In this document: piece by piece, positions 30,494 through 41,498 of the stretch
How positions within the stretch are numbered: position 1 is the stretch's first letter
Layout: every line of letters starts with the position of its first letter
Assembly (NCBI GenBank): GCA_038329965.1
Contig: JBBQNN010000004.1
Span: 30,037-94,036 of the forward strand
DNA from: Mycobacteriales bacterium
GTDB lineage: Bacteria > Actinomycetota > Actinomycetes > Mycobacteriales > QHCA01
DNA: 64,000 nt
Reading direction: 5' to 3'
Notes under the pieces: model-generated
What the model was told of the DNA's origin: nothing
Seen by the model: only the letters and a program-made list of their open reading frames with translations
Database searches by the model: none
Position numbers and translations under genes: made by a program

Positions 30494-30560
30494 TCATGAC
30501 GTTTTCTCCGTACGAAAGCGACATTTCGTACTGCCTGGCGAGGCAAGAGCCATGATCAAC
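30489..30560. repeat. Intergenic nested palindromic (REP-like) element
   Basis: Outer arms GTTGATCATG/CATGATCAAC, inner GTACGAAA/TTTCGTAC. Confidence 0.6.
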
Positions 30561-30568
30561 AGGGGGAG

Positions 30569-31222
30569 GTGCGTGTGACGGCCCTGCCTGCGGTCGGTGA
30601 CCTGAGCGCCCTGACCGCCGGTGCGCTCTATGTCGTCGTGCTCGGCCTGGTGTTCGCCGAGTCCGGCCTGCTGTTCGGGTTCTTCCTGCCCGGCGACACG
30701 GTGCTGTTCTCCGCCGGGCTGATCGCCGCTGACCCGGCTCGCGGGGTGTCCCTGCCCTGGCTGATCGCCGGAGTGGTGCTCGCCGCCGTGGCCGGGGACA
30801 CCGTCGGCTACGCCTTCGGTGCGCGGGCCGGGCCGCCGCTGCTGCGCCGCCGCGACGGCCGGGTGCTGACCCAGGCCAACCTGCAGCGGGCGCAACGCTT
30901 CTACCAGCGGTACGGGTTGTTCGCCGTGATCGTGGCCCGGTGGATCCCGTGGGTACGTACGTTCACGCCGATCCTGGCCGGCGTCGCGGGCATGGGATAC
31001 CCGCGGTTCCTGGCCGCCAACGTCGCCGGTGCCGTGATCTGGGGCGCCGGCCTGCTCACCCTGGGGTATGTCGCCGCGGGTCTTCCGGTGCTCAAGCACG
31101 CCAGCTACGCGGTCGCCGCCACCTGCGTGGCGCTGTCGGCAATCGCCGGCGTGATCCGCCGGCACCGGTCGCGGCAGCCGGCCAGGAACAACTCAGCCGA
31201 TGTGGGTGCCGGCCGAGCGTAG
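30569..31222 (+). CDS. DedA family membrane protein
   Basis: 'VFAESGLLFGFFLPGDTVLF', 'ARWIPWVRTFTP'. Confidence 0.93.
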   Translation: MRVTALPAVGDLSALTAGALYVVVLGLVFAESGLLFGFFLPGDTVLFSAGLIAADPARGVSLPWLIAGVVLAAVAGDTVGYAFGARAGPPLLRRRDGRVLTQANLQRAQRFYQRYGLFAVIVARWIPWVRTFTPILAGVAGMGYPRFLAANVAGAVIWGAGLLTLGYVAAGLPVLKHASYAVAATCVALSAIAGVIRRHRSRQPARNNSADVGAGRA

Positions 31223-32215
31223 GTCCTCGCAGGCCTGCTGCACGCGCGCAGCCATCCCGGCCTCCGCGGCCTTGCCCCACGCGCGGGGGTCGTACCGCTT
31301 CTTGTTGCCGACCTCGCCGTCGACCTTGAGCACGCCGTCGTAGTTGCGGAACATGTGGTCGGCGACCGGCCGGGTGAAGGTGTACTGCGTGTCGGTGTCG
31401 ACGTTCATCTTGACCACGCCGTAGCTCAGCGACTCGCGGATCTCTTCCTGCGCCGAGCCGGAGCCGCCGTGGAAGACCAGGTCGAAGGGCTTGTCCTTGC
31501 CGACCTTGGCGCCGACGACCTCCTGGATCTCGCGGAGGATCTCCGGGCGCAGCTGGACGTTGCCCGGCTTGTAGACGCCGTGCACGTTGCCGAAGGTCGC
31601 GGCCAGGATGTAGCGGCCGTTCTCGCCGGTGCCGAGCGCCTCGGCGACCGCCAGCGCGTCGTCGGGATGGGTGTAGAGCTTCTCGTTCATCTCGCCGACG
31701 ACGCCGTCCTCCTCGCCACCGACCACGCCGATCTCCATCTCCATGATGATGTTCGCCGTGGCGCACTCGGCGAGCAACTCCCTGGCCAGCGCGATGTTCT
31801 CTGTCAACTCCACGGCCGAGCCGTCCCACATGTGCGACTGGAACAACGGCTGCCCGCCGGCGGCCACCCGCTCCTGGCTGATCCTGATCAGCGGTCGCAT
31901 GTACGTGTCGAGCCGGTCCTTGGGGCAGTGGTCGGTGTGCAGCGCGATGTGCACGTCGTAGCGCGCGGCCACGACGTGGGCGAACTCCGCCAGGGCCGTC
32001 GCGCCGACCACCATGTCCTTGACCCGCTGCCCGGACAGGTACTCCGCGCCGCCGGTCGAGATCTGCACGATGCCGTCGGAGCCGGCGGCGGCGTAGCCCT
32101 GCAGCGCGGCGTTGAGCGTCTGGGTGGAGGTGACGTTGATGGCCGGGTAGGCGTACTCCCCCGCCTTGGCCCGGTCGAGCATCTGGGCGTAGATCTCGGG
32201 AGTGGCGATCGGCAC
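31193..32215 (-). CDS. fbaA: Class II fructose-bisphosphate aldolase
   Basis: 'MPIATPE', 'ALHTDHC', 'SHMWDGS', 'FGNVHGVYKPGNV', 'VFHGGSGS', 'KMNVDTD'. Confidence 0.97.
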   Translation of the reverse strand: MPIATPEIYAQMLDRAKAGEYAYPAINVTSTQTLNAALQGYAAAGSDGIVQISTGGAEYLSGQRVKDMVVGATALAEFAHVVAARYDVHIALHTDHCPKDRLDTYMRPLIRISQERVAAGGQPLFQSHMWDGSAVELTENIALARELLAECATANIIMEMEIGVVGGEEDGVVGEMNEKLYTHPDDALAVAEALGTGENGRYILAATFGNVHGVYKPGNVQLRPEILREIQEVVGAKVGKDKPFDLVFHGGSGSAQEEIRESLSYGVVKMNVDTDTQYTFTRPVADHMFRNYDGVLKVDGEVGNKKRYDPRAWGKAAEAGMAARVQQACEDLRSAGTHIG

Positions 32216-32224
32216 GGTGCGCTC

Positions 32225-33745
<1,521 letters not shown>

Positions 33746-33771
33746 GGCCTGCGAGGATACCTCCGGCCCGG

Positions 33772-34341
33772 TCAGCGGAAGGCCGGTACGGGGGGCTGCG
33801 CGACCCGGGGGCCCCGCGCGGCGCGCCGGCCGAACTGCGCGGCCACGAGCGCGGGCAGCCAGCCGACCCAGAAGCCGTACGCCGCCCCACTGCCTCCCGA
33901 CACCAGGACGACGTCGATCAGGTGACCGCCGAGACGCGGGAGGCTCCCACCGAACTCGGCCATGGTGAGCAGGGGGGCCATCAGCGCGGAGACCAGGCCG
34001 GCACCCACCACGACAGCCGTCCAGACGGTGACCATGACACCGAGCCCGGAGGGCCGGGCGCCCATCGACCGGGCCGTCGCGAACATCAGCAGGCCGACCA
34101 CCATGAGGATCAGCACGGCGCGCAGGGTGAGGCTGAGCCCGAGGCCCCGTGGCAGCCCACCGGGGTCGGTGGGCACCCACCACTGCGGGTAGCTCAACAC
34201 GTCGTGCTCGAACCGCGTGCCCGTGGCATCGAACTGCCCGTGCCATGATCTGGCCAGCCACGGGTTGCCGAACACCAGCACCAGCGCGAGGAGGCTCAGC
34301 CAGCCGGCGAGCGCCGCGCGAACCGCCCACCGGGTCGCCAT
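33772..34341 (-). CDS. Hypothetical multi-TM membrane protein, paralogous to the C-terminal domain of the downstream kinase
   Basis: 189 aa 'MATRWAVRAALAG...RPSGLGVMVTVW...GFWVGWLPALVAAQFGRR'; alignable by eye with the kinase tail. Confidence 0.8.
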   Translation of the reverse strand: MATRWAVRAALAGWLSLLALVLVFGNPWLARSWHGQFDATGTRFEHDVLSYPQWWVPTDPGGLPRGLGLSLTLRAVLILMVVGLLMFATARSMGARPSGLGVMVTVWTAVVVGAGLVSALMAPLLTMAEFGGSLPRLGGHLIDVVLVSGGSGAAYGFWVGWLPALVAAQFGRRAARGPRVAQPPVPAFR

Positions 34342-34396
34342 GGCGCCGAATGTAGCCGAGTCGCGGCCAGGGACGCAGCCGGTAGCGTTCAGCACC

Positions 34397-35026
34397 GTGA
34401 CCCCACTCTCCCTCAGCGGCAGCCTGCTCGACTCCAGACACCTGATCGAGGCCTTCGGGCTGCTCGGCCTGCTGGTGATCGTCTTCGCGGAGTGCGGCCT
34501 GCTGGTCGGCTTCTTCCTGCCTGGTGACACGCTGCTGTTCACCGCCGGTGTGCTGGTCAGCACGGGCAATCTGTCCACGCCGCTCTGGCTGCTCATCGCC
34601 GTGCTCTTCGTGGCGGCCGTGGCCGGCAACGAATGCGGGTACGCGATCGGCTACCGCACCGGTCCTGCGGTCTTCCGGCGGTCGGAAGGCAGATTCTTCC
34701 GGCAGGAACACGTCGACAGGGCGCGCGCCTTCTTCGACCGGTACGGCGCCCGCGCCGTCGTCCTCGGTCGCTTCGTGCCCGTGATCCGTACCTTCATCAC
34801 GGTGATGGCCGGGGTCGGCCGGATGCCGCACCGGAGGTACTTCCTCTACAACATGATCGGTGCCGCCCTGTGGACCGCCGGGGTGACCCTGCTCGGCTAC
34901 TTCCTCGGCCATGTCGCCTTCATCGCCGACCACATCGAGTTGCTGGTGATCGGCGGCGTGCTCGTCGCCGCGCTACCGGTCGCGGTCGAGTTGCTGCGGC
35001 AGGTGCTCAGGCGGGCCGCCCGGTGA
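34397..35026 (+). CDS. DedA family membrane protein
   Basis: 'IVFAECGLLVGFFLPGDTLLF', 'GRFVPVIRTF'. Confidence 0.93.
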   Translation: MTPLSLSGSLLDSRHLIEAFGLLGLLVIVFAECGLLVGFFLPGDTLLFTAGVLVSTGNLSTPLWLLIAVLFVAAVAGNECGYAIGYRTGPAVFRRSEGRFFRQEHVDRARAFFDRYGARAVVLGRFVPVIRTFITVMAGVGRMPHRRYFLYNMIGAALWTAGVTLLGYFLGHVAFIADHIELLVIGGVLVAALPVAVELLRQVLRRAAR

Positions 35027-35123
35027 ACCTCGGCGCGGACCGGTTCGGCGCCGGGAAGGCGTAGCGCCGGAGGCTACCGGCATCGATGCCCCGCACCGCC
35101 CGGACAGGGGCGATCATGGCGCT

Positions 35124-35351
35124 ATGGGACGGCATGCCGACGGACGCAGGGCGGGGCCGCCTGCCCTGCCGCCGCGATCACTGCTGATCGCCCTGGCGGC
35201 CGCCGCCGCCGTGCTGGCCGTCGTGCTCGGCGCCGTCGCCCTGTCCGGTCACCATCGGGCGCGGCCCGCCCGACCGGTCACCGACCTGCGGCCCAGCCCC
35301 GCACCGCTGCTGAGCCCGTCCGCCCGACCCACGTCAACGGCAGGGAACTGA
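35124..35351 (+). CDS. Small hypothetical single-TM protein
   Basis: 75 aa; N-terminal 'MGRH' motif common in actinomycete membrane proteins, one hydrophobic stretch. Confidence 0.5.
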   Translation: MGRHADGRRAGPPALPPRSLLIALAAAAAVLAVVLGAVALSGHHRARPARPVTDLRPSPAPLLSPSARPTSTAGN

Positions 35352-35392
35352 TCCGCCGGAATCAGTCGAGTGAGGCGTGGCACGATGACGCG

Positions 35393-35599
35393 ATGAGCGA
35401 AGACCAGGACGCAGCGAGTAACGACACTCCAGCCGGGGAGAATGCCGAGTCGCGGCACATCGATCCGGCGGAGGACCCGACGCCCCGCGCGCCGAACCAC
35501 CTGGCACCCGACGACGCCGGCCCGCGGCCCTGGGTCGACGCGAGCAAGGACCCGACCCCCGGCGTGCCCGGCCACGCGGCTCCGGACGACGAGGACTGA
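35393..35599 (+). CDS. Small acidic hypothetical protein with internal duplication
   Basis: 68 aa, D/E/P-rich, two copies of DPTPxxPxHxAPDD; GC3-rich codons. Confidence 0.6.
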   Translation: MSEDQDAASNDTPAGENAESRHIDPAEDPTPRAPNHLAPDDAGPRPWVDASKDPTPGVPGHAAPDDED

Positions 35600-35640
35600 T
35601 TCCCCCCGCTCAGGGGCAAAGCCGGAGGTACCTTGGCTGA

Positions 35641-37281
35641 GTGTCCGAGCTAACCATCGCCGGCGCGGCAGGCCGTCTCATGCACCTGCAGCGCCTCGCC
35701 GCCGCGCTCGGCGATGCCATGTCCCCCGACGACGTGGCCCGGGTCACGCTCGCCTCGGCCCTGGAGATGGACGACGTCGTACGTGCCGGCCTGGCCGTCA
35801 GCCAGGGTGCCGACCGGGAGTTGGAGTTCGTCGCCAGCGACGCCGACGCCGTGAGCCCGGCCGGTGTGCGGTGGTGCCAGATCGACGGCCTGGCCGACGT
35901 ACCGCTGGCCGAGGCGGCCCGGACCGGATCCGGAGTCTTCCTGCCCTCACTGGCCGCCCTCGAAAAGCACTACCCGCACCTGCTGGAGCGCCAGCGGGGC
36001 CTGGGCACCCGCAGCCTCGCCGCCCTGCCGCTGGCCGTCGACGAGCGGCGGCTGGGCGCCGTGCTCCTGTCGTTCGGCACCGAACACGACTTCGACATCA
36101 GCGAGCAGGCGTTCTTCGGCGCCTACGCCGCCCAGGTGACCCAGGCGCTGCGCCGCGGGCTGGCCTACCGGCTCGAGCATTCCACCTCCGAGCGGCTGCA
36201 GCGCAGCCTGCTGCCGCGGTCACTGCCCGACGTGAGCGGGCTCGCTCTCGGCGCGCACTACCAGCCCGGCGGGCTGGGGGTCGATGTCGGCGGTGACTGG
36301 TACGACGTCCTCGAACTCGCCGACGGGTCGGTCCTGGTGGCCCTCGGCGACGTCATGGGCAAGGGGGTGCCGGCAGCGATCGTGATGGGGCACGTGCGCT
36401 CGGCGATGCGCGCCTACGCCCTGCTCGACCCGAGCCCCGAGCTCGTCCTCGAACGCCTCGACAGCATGGTCGCCTCCCTGGCGGTGCCCGAGCAGATCGT
36501 CACGATGGTCTACGGCGTGCTCGATCCCCGCCGCCGCTACCTGACGCTGTCGGTGGCCGGCCACCCGCTGCCGCTCTACGTACCCACCTGGGGACCGCCG
36601 GCCGAGCTCGACGTCACCGTCGGGCCGCCCCTCGGTCTGGGCGTGGGCCCCTGGCCCAGCGCCCGCGTGGACCTGTCCGACGACGCGACCGTGTTGTTCT
36701 ACAGCGACGGGCTGGTCGAGTCGCGCGAGATCCCGTTCGCCGAGGGGCTGGAGCGGCTGAGCAAGCACATCGCGCAGATGGAGCCGCGGCGGCGCAACCC
36801 GCGCGAGCTGTGTGCCCGCCTCGGTGAGCTGATGTGGCAGCAGGGTGCCGGTGACGACGTGACGATGCTGGCGCTCACCAGTACGGTCCGGCGCCGGCTG
36901 CGCAACGCCACGGCCGACCTGCCCTCCGACACGTCGGCCACCCCCCGGGCGCGGCGGTTCGTCGGCAGCCGGTTGACCGAGTGGGGCGTTGCCGACGACG
37001 TCGTCGAGGTGGCCCGGCTCTGCGTATCCGAGCTGGTCACGAACGCGGTGATCCACTCGGGTACGGCGCCGAGGGTCACTGTCCGGCTGGATGACGAGCG
37101 GCTGCTGGTCCTCGTACAGGATCGTGGCCGGCACGGGGCGGCACGCCGGGCCGAGGGGCACGACCCGATGGACATCTCCGGCCGCGGCCTGCTCCTGGTC
37201 GACGCGCTCGCGACCACGTGGAGCGCCGAGCACAGCGCCGACGGTACGACGGTCTGGTTCGAGCTGGACGTCATCGGCTGA
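35641..37281 (+). CDS. GAF + SpoIIE (PP2C) phosphatase + HATPase_c protein
   Basis: 'LQRSLLP', 'VGGDWYD', 'GDVMGKG', 'YSDGLVE', 'DDVTML', 'SELVTNAVIH', 'SGRGLLLV', 'TTVWFEL'. Confidence 0.93.
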   Translation: MSELTIAGAAGRLMHLQRLAAALGDAMSPDDVARVTLASALEMDDVVRAGLAVSQGADRELEFVASDADAVSPAGVRWCQIDGLADVPLAEAARTGSGVFLPSLAALEKHYPHLLERQRGLGTRSLAALPLAVDERRLGAVLLSFGTEHDFDISEQAFFGAYAAQVTQALRRGLAYRLEHSTSERLQRSLLPRSLPDVSGLALGAHYQPGGLGVDVGGDWYDVLELADGSVLVALGDVMGKGVPAAIVMGHVRSAMRAYALLDPSPELVLERLDSMVASLAVPEQIVTMVYGVLDPRRRYLTLSVAGHPLPLYVPTWGPPAELDVTVGPPLGLGVGPWPSARVDLSDDATVLFYSDGLVESREIPFAEGLERLSKHIAQMEPRRRNPRELCARLGELMWQQGAGDDVTMLALTSTVRRRLRNATADLPSDTSATPRARRFVGSRLTEWGVADDVVEVARLCVSELVTNAVIHSGTAPRVTVRLDDERLLVLVQDRGRHGAARRAEGHDPMDISGRGLLLVDALATTWSAEHSADGTTVWFELDVIG

Positions 37282-37284
37282 CGA

Positions 37285-37920
37285 TCAGCCCGGGGCCGCG
37301 CCGTACTGCCGGATCCAGGCGTGCATCGCGATCCCCGACGCGACACCGGCGTTGATCGAGCGGGTCGAGCCGTACTGCGCGATCGAGCAGACCAGGTCGG
37401 CGACCTCGCGCGCCTCGACGGAGAGCCCCGGCCCCTCCTGACCGAACAGCAGGAGCGCGCGCCGGGGTAGCCGGGTCGTCTCCAGCGGCACCGCCCCGGG
37501 CAGGTTGTCCACGGCGACGAGCGTTAGTTGCTGCTCACGGGCATGGCCGAGCAGGGTCGCGATGTCGGGATGGTGGCGTACGTGCTGGTAGCGGTCGGTG
37601 ACCATCGCGCCCCGGCGGTTCCACCGGCGGCGGCCGACGATGTGCACCACGCGGGCCAGGAAGGCGTTGGCGGTGCGCACCACGGTGCCGATGTTGAGGT
37701 CGTGCTGCCAGTTCTCGATGGCCACGTGGAAGTCGTGCCGGCGGGTGTCGAGGTCGGCGACGATGGCGGCGCGGGTCCAGTAGCGGTAGCGGTCGACGAC
37801 GTTGCGCCGGTCGCCGGTGGCCAACAGGTCCGGGTCGTAGCGCGCGTCGGCCGGCCACGGCCCCTCCCACGGCCCCACTCCGACCTCGAGCAGCACCTCG
37901 TCGTCGTTGTCATGGCTCAC
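37285..37920 (-). CDS. TrmH/SpoU family RNA methyltransferase (Rv0380c-like)
   Basis: 'RRNVVDRYRYW', 'NIGTVVRTANAF', 'FGQEGPGLS', 'RSINAGVASGI'; GTGA overlap with upstream gene. Confidence 0.93.
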   Translation of the reverse strand: MSHDNDDEVLLEVGVGPWEGPWPADARYDPDLLATGDRRNVVDRYRYWTRAAIVADLDTRRHDFHVAIENWQHDLNIGTVVRTANAFLARVVHIVGRRRWNRRGAMVTDRYQHVRHHPDIATLLGHAREQQLTLVAVDNLPGAVPLETTRLPRRALLLFGQEGPGLSVEAREVADLVCSIAQYGSTRSINAGVASGIAMHAWIRQYGAAPG

Positions 37921-39101
37921 GCGGGCTGGTCGCGGAGGTAGCGGCCGAAGTGCGGCACGGTGAAGGCGATGCTGCCCCGCTCGGCGCTGTAGACCAGGCC
38001 CTTCTTGATCAGGCTGTCGCGGGCCGGCGAGAGGCTGGACGGCCGCCGGCCCAGGGCCTCGGCCACCTCGGCGGAACCCACCGGCCGGTCACCGAGGGCG
38101 GCCATCGCCCGCATGTACTCCCGCTCGGCCGGCGTCGCCCGCTCGTAGCGGCTGCCGAAGAACCCCACGGCCAGCTCCGCCTCGGCCTCGGGCGCCGACA
38201 CCAGCACGTCCTTGTCGGTGATCGGCGTCTCGGGTGCGGCATCCCAGGCGACCTTCCCGTACGACTGGATGAAGTACGGGAAGCCGTCCGCCGCCGCATA
38301 GAGGGCATCGAGCGCCTCCACCGTGAAGGCGACGCCCTCCCGATCCGCCGGCACCGTCAGCGCCCTGTCGGCCGAGGGCCGGTCGAGCCGGTCGATCAGC
38401 AGGTAGCGGAACAGCCGCTCGGAGTAGCTCTTGCTGCTGCTGAGCACCGCCGGCAGGTGCGGCAGCCCGGCACCGACCACGATCAGCGGCGAGCGCGACT
38501 GGCTCAGCTCGTGGCACGCCGTGCACAGCGCGCTCACCCCCTCGGCCGGCACGTCCTGCAACTCGTCGACGAACAGCGCCATCCCCACGCCCAGGTCGGT
38601 GGCCACCGACGCGGCCGCACCGAACAGCTCGGTCAGATCGATCTCCAGGTCGCCGGAGTCGGCCCGGCCGCGGCTGGCCGGCACGTCGATGCCCGGCTGC
38701 CAGCGCAGTCTCGCGTTCTTGGGCGCTGCGGGGTCGTGGACGGCAAAGGCCTTGAGTACGCCGAGGAAGGCGTCGATCCGCTCCGGCGCCCGGTGCCGCG
38801 GTGCGATCTCGCGTACGGCCATGTGCAACGCCCCGGCCACCGCCCGCCGCAGGGAGGAGTCCGGCCGGGCCTCGATCTTGCCGGTCCCCCACAACCGGGC
38901 GATGGCGGCGCTGCGCATGGCGTTGAGCAGGACGGTCTTGCCGACCCCCCGCAGCCCGGTCAGCACCAGGCTGCGTTCCGGGCGCCCCGCAGCGACCCGC
39001 TCCAGCACGACGTCGAACTGCGCGAGCTCGCGGTCGCGACCGGCCAACTCAGGGGGCCGCTGGCCGGCTCCGGGCGCGTACGGATTGCGTACCGGATCCA
39101 T
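37917..39101 (-). CDS. AAA-type ATP-binding protein with C-terminal winged-helix-like region
   Basis: 'NPYAPGAG', Walker A 'GLRGVGKT', Walker B 'LFVDELQ', C-terminal 'SAEVAEALGRRPSSLSPARDSLIKKGLVY'. Confidence 0.9.
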   Translation of the reverse strand: MDPVRNPYAPGAGQRPPELAGRDRELAQFDVVLERVAAGRPERSLVLTGLRGVGKTVLLNAMRSAAIARLWGTGKIEARPDSSLRRAVAGALHMAVREIAPRHRAPERIDAFLGVLKAFAVHDPAAPKNARLRWQPGIDVPASRGRADSGDLEIDLTELFGAAASVATDLGVGMALFVDELQDVPAEGVSALCTACHELSQSRSPLIVVGAGLPHLPAVLSSSKSYSERLFRYLLIDRLDRPSADRALTVPADREGVAFTVEALDALYAAADGFPYFIQSYGKVAWDAAPETPITDKDVLVSAPEAEAELAVGFFGSRYERATPAEREYMRAMAALGDRPVGSAEVAEALGRRPSSLSPARDSLIKKGLVYSAERGSIAFTVPHFGRYLRDQPA

Positions 39102-39119
39102 GATCGGACTGTATTCGGG

Positions 39120-39159
39120 TATCTAACCCAGGCCGTAGATAGCGCTAGAAACCGCTATC
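39120..39159. promoter_or_regulatory. Overlapping inverted repeats, candidate operator
   Basis: TATCTA-N10-TAGATA (39120-39141) and GATAGCG-N8-CGCTATC (39138-39159), AT-rich, just upstream of the ATPase gene. Confidence 0.45.
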
Positions 39160-39805
39160 GGCGTGTCGCGGCGGCAGCGGCCTCGGCGCGGCGGACCGTA
39201 TCCAGGTATTGCGGCGGGCAGGCCGGCACCGGCCCGCCGAGGGCAAGGGCGCGATGAGTGGCGAGAGCCGCCTCCTCGAGGTTCGCGGCGCGCTTGTGCG
39301 CCAGCTCCACCGTGTCGGCCACCACCGAGCAGCCGTGATAGCCGAGGATCACGCAGTTGCAGCCGTCCCGGATGGCATCGGCAGCCGCCTCGGCCAGCGC
39401 CACCGTGCCGTGGTGGATGAACGGCACCGAGCGCACCTCACGGAGGTAATACGCCTGGTCCATGGTCACCAGCGAGACGGGGTGCCCCATCGCGTCGAGC
39501 AGCACCGACGTCTGCGGGTGCAGGTGCACGATGGCGTTGACGTCGGGCCGCGCGAGGTAGGAGTGCAGGTGCAGGGCCACTTCGGTGGACGGCGCCGGAT
39601 TGCCCTCCAGCACGGCGCCGTCACTGATCCGGACGTAGGAGAAGGACGCGGCGGTGAGCTCGTCGAGCCAGGTACCCGTGGCGGTGACCCAGCAGGCGTC
39701 GGCACCGGGCAGGCGGGCCGAGAGGTTGCCGCCGGAGCCGATGACCAGGCCCCGCGCGACGGCCTTGCGGCCGACCACGATCAGCTGGTCGACCGGGCCG
39801 ATCAC
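39155..39805 (-). CDS. Class II aldolase/adducin family protein
   Basis: 'GSGGNLSAR', 'PSTEVALH', 'VHLHP', 'LGYHG', 'NLEEAA'. Confidence 0.92.
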   Translation of the reverse strand: MIGPVDQLIVVGRKAVARGLVIGSGGNLSARLPGADACWVTATGTWLDELTAASFSYVRISDGAVLEGNPAPSTEVALHLHSYLARPDVNAIVHLHPQTSVLLDAMGHPVSLVTMDQAYYLREVRSVPFIHHGTVALAEAAADAIRDGCNCVILGYHGCSVVADTVELAHKRAANLEEAALATHRALALGGPVPACPPQYLDTVRRAEAAAAATRR

Positions 39806-40755
39806 GGGAGGAGCACCTCCTTGAGCCGCGGGTGTCGCGAGTCCTCCAGCGCACCGCGAAAGTCGTCGAGCAGCCGCACCGCGGTCACGATCAGCCCACT
39901 GTCCACCCAGGACAGCATGCTGATCGCATCCGGGAAGCAGCCGGGCGCCAGGTGGCCGCCGGCCACGGTGAGCTCCTTGAACTCCGCGACCTGGTTGAGG
40001 TCGATCGACGCCGGCGTCCGGTAGACGCCGTAGAGCACCACCGTGCCGCCCGGCACCGCCAGGTCGAGCGCGAGCCGCGCGGCGGCCGGGTCGCCGGAGC
40101 ACTCCACGACGACATCGGCCAGGTCCAGCGCGCCGGCCGAGGCGTCGACCACCTCGTCCGCGCCGAGGTCGTGGGCGAGGGCGGCCTTCTCCTGGGTGCG
40201 GGTGACGGCGACGACCCGGGCCGCCCCCTCGGCACGGGCCGCGTAGGTGGCCAGCGCCCCGACCGTACCCAGCCCGATGACCGCGGCGGTGGAGCCGGGC
40301 GCCATGCGGGCCCGGCGTACGGCGTGCAGGGCGCAGGCCATGGGCTCGGCCAGTACGGCGGTCTCCATCGCCAGCTCGTCGGGCACCCGGTGCACCCGCG
40401 CCCCCGCCGGGAGGGCGACCCGGTCGGCGAAGGCGCCGGCGAAACCCGACCCCAGGTGCCGCCCCTGCGGGCAGAGGTTGTCGCGGCCGGCCGCACACCA
40501 GCGGCAGTAGCCGCACGGCACCTTGACCTCGACGGCGAGCCGCTCACCGGTCTCCGCATCGTGGCCCAGCAGCTCGCGTCCCGGGATGAGCGGCCAGGGA
40601 ACCTGCCAGGGCCCGTCGCCGCGCCACAGCATCCGATCGGCGGCGCAGACCCCGGCCGCCTCGACCTCGATCAACCGGCCGCCCTCGGCGACCTCCGGCT
40701 CGGGCAGGTCCGCCAGCCGGAAGTCACCCGGTGAGTGCGCGACGAGTGCCCTCAT
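39802..40755 (-). CDS. Zinc-binding (polyol) dehydrogenase, EltD-like; GHE motif reads GRE
   Basis: 'GVCAAD', 'CGYCRWCAAGRDNLC', 'LAEPMACALHA', 'GLGTVG', 'KELTVAGGHLAP'. Confidence 0.85.
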   Translation of the reverse strand: MRALVAHSPGDFRLADLPEPEVAEGGRLIEVEAAGVCAADRMLWRGDGPWQVPWPLIPGRELLGHDAETGERLAVEVKVPCGYCRWCAAGRDNLCPQGRHLGSGFAGAFADRVALPAGARVHRVPDELAMETAVLAEPMACALHAVRRARMAPGSTAAVIGLGTVGALATYAARAEGAARVVAVTRTQEKAALAHDLGADEVVDASAGALDLADVVVECSGDPAAARLALDLAVPGGTVVLYGVYRTPASIDLNQVAEFKELTVAGGHLAPGCFPDAISMLSWVDSGLIVTAVRLLDDFRGALEDSRHPRLKEVLLP

Positions 40756-41498
40756 CCGGACGCACCGGTGATCGAGCGCAACGCCTCGGCCGCTGCTGCC
40801 GCTCCGGTGCCGTCCTCGGCACGCACGTCGACGGTCGCGACCCCCGCGTAGGTCGCGTCGAGCGCGGCAACGGCCGCTTCCACCTCGTGCCCGCCGCCGA
40901 GGTGGACGTGCCAGAGCAGCCGATCCAGGCGGCGCACGCACTCGGCCGGGTCTTCCCCGCCGGCCGCGGCCTGCCCGGTGTCCAGCAGCACGCCGGTGCC
41001 CGGCACGTCGGCGGCCAGCCGCAGCGCGTCGGCACACGTGGCGACCGCCGTACCGGGCGCGAACTCCACCGCCACCCCGACGCCCCGGGCCGCGGCCACG
41101 TCGCGTACCCGGGCCAGCCCGGAGATCAGCCGCGACCAGGAGGCGCCGGCCGGGTCGGCGGCCAGGGACACGCCGAGCAGGTCGAGCCCGAGCCGGACGC
41201 ACACCGCCGCACAGGCCGACGCGTCGGACACCACCCGCTGGACGTCCCCGGTCAGCGCGCCCCGCGGCCAGCGGTCGGCCGGCAGCGACAGCAGGACGGC
41301 CCGCACCGGCAGCCGGTACTGCCCGGCGAGCCGCTCCCGCTCGACCAGCCGGGCCGACGCGAGGTCGGCGCCCACCGTACGGACACCGATCTCCATCCCG
41401 CCGAAGCCGGCCTCTGCCGCCGCCGGCCAGATCGCGGCGTCGGACAGGCCGTCCGGCCAGTGGTTCCAGTCGGCGTCGCAGACCGCCCAGCGTCTCAT
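40752..41498 (-). CDS. Sugar-phosphate isomerase/epimerase family (xylose isomerase-like TIM barrel)
   Basis: 'AAEAGFGGMEIG', 'VAVEFAPG', 'GVLLDTGQ', 'LWHVHLG'; ATGA overlaps at both ends. Confidence 0.8.
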   Translation of the reverse strand: MRRWAVCDADWNHWPDGLSDAAIWPAAAEAGFGGMEIGVRTVGADLASARLVERERLAGQYRLPVRAVLLSLPADRWPRGALTGDVQRVVSDASACAAVCVRLGLDLLGVSLAADPAGASWSRLISGLARVRDVAAARGVGVAVEFAPGTAVATCADALRLAADVPGTGVLLDTGQAAAGGEDPAECVRRLDRLLWHVHLGGGHEVEAAVAALDATYAGVATVDVRAEDGTGAAAAAEALRSITGASG

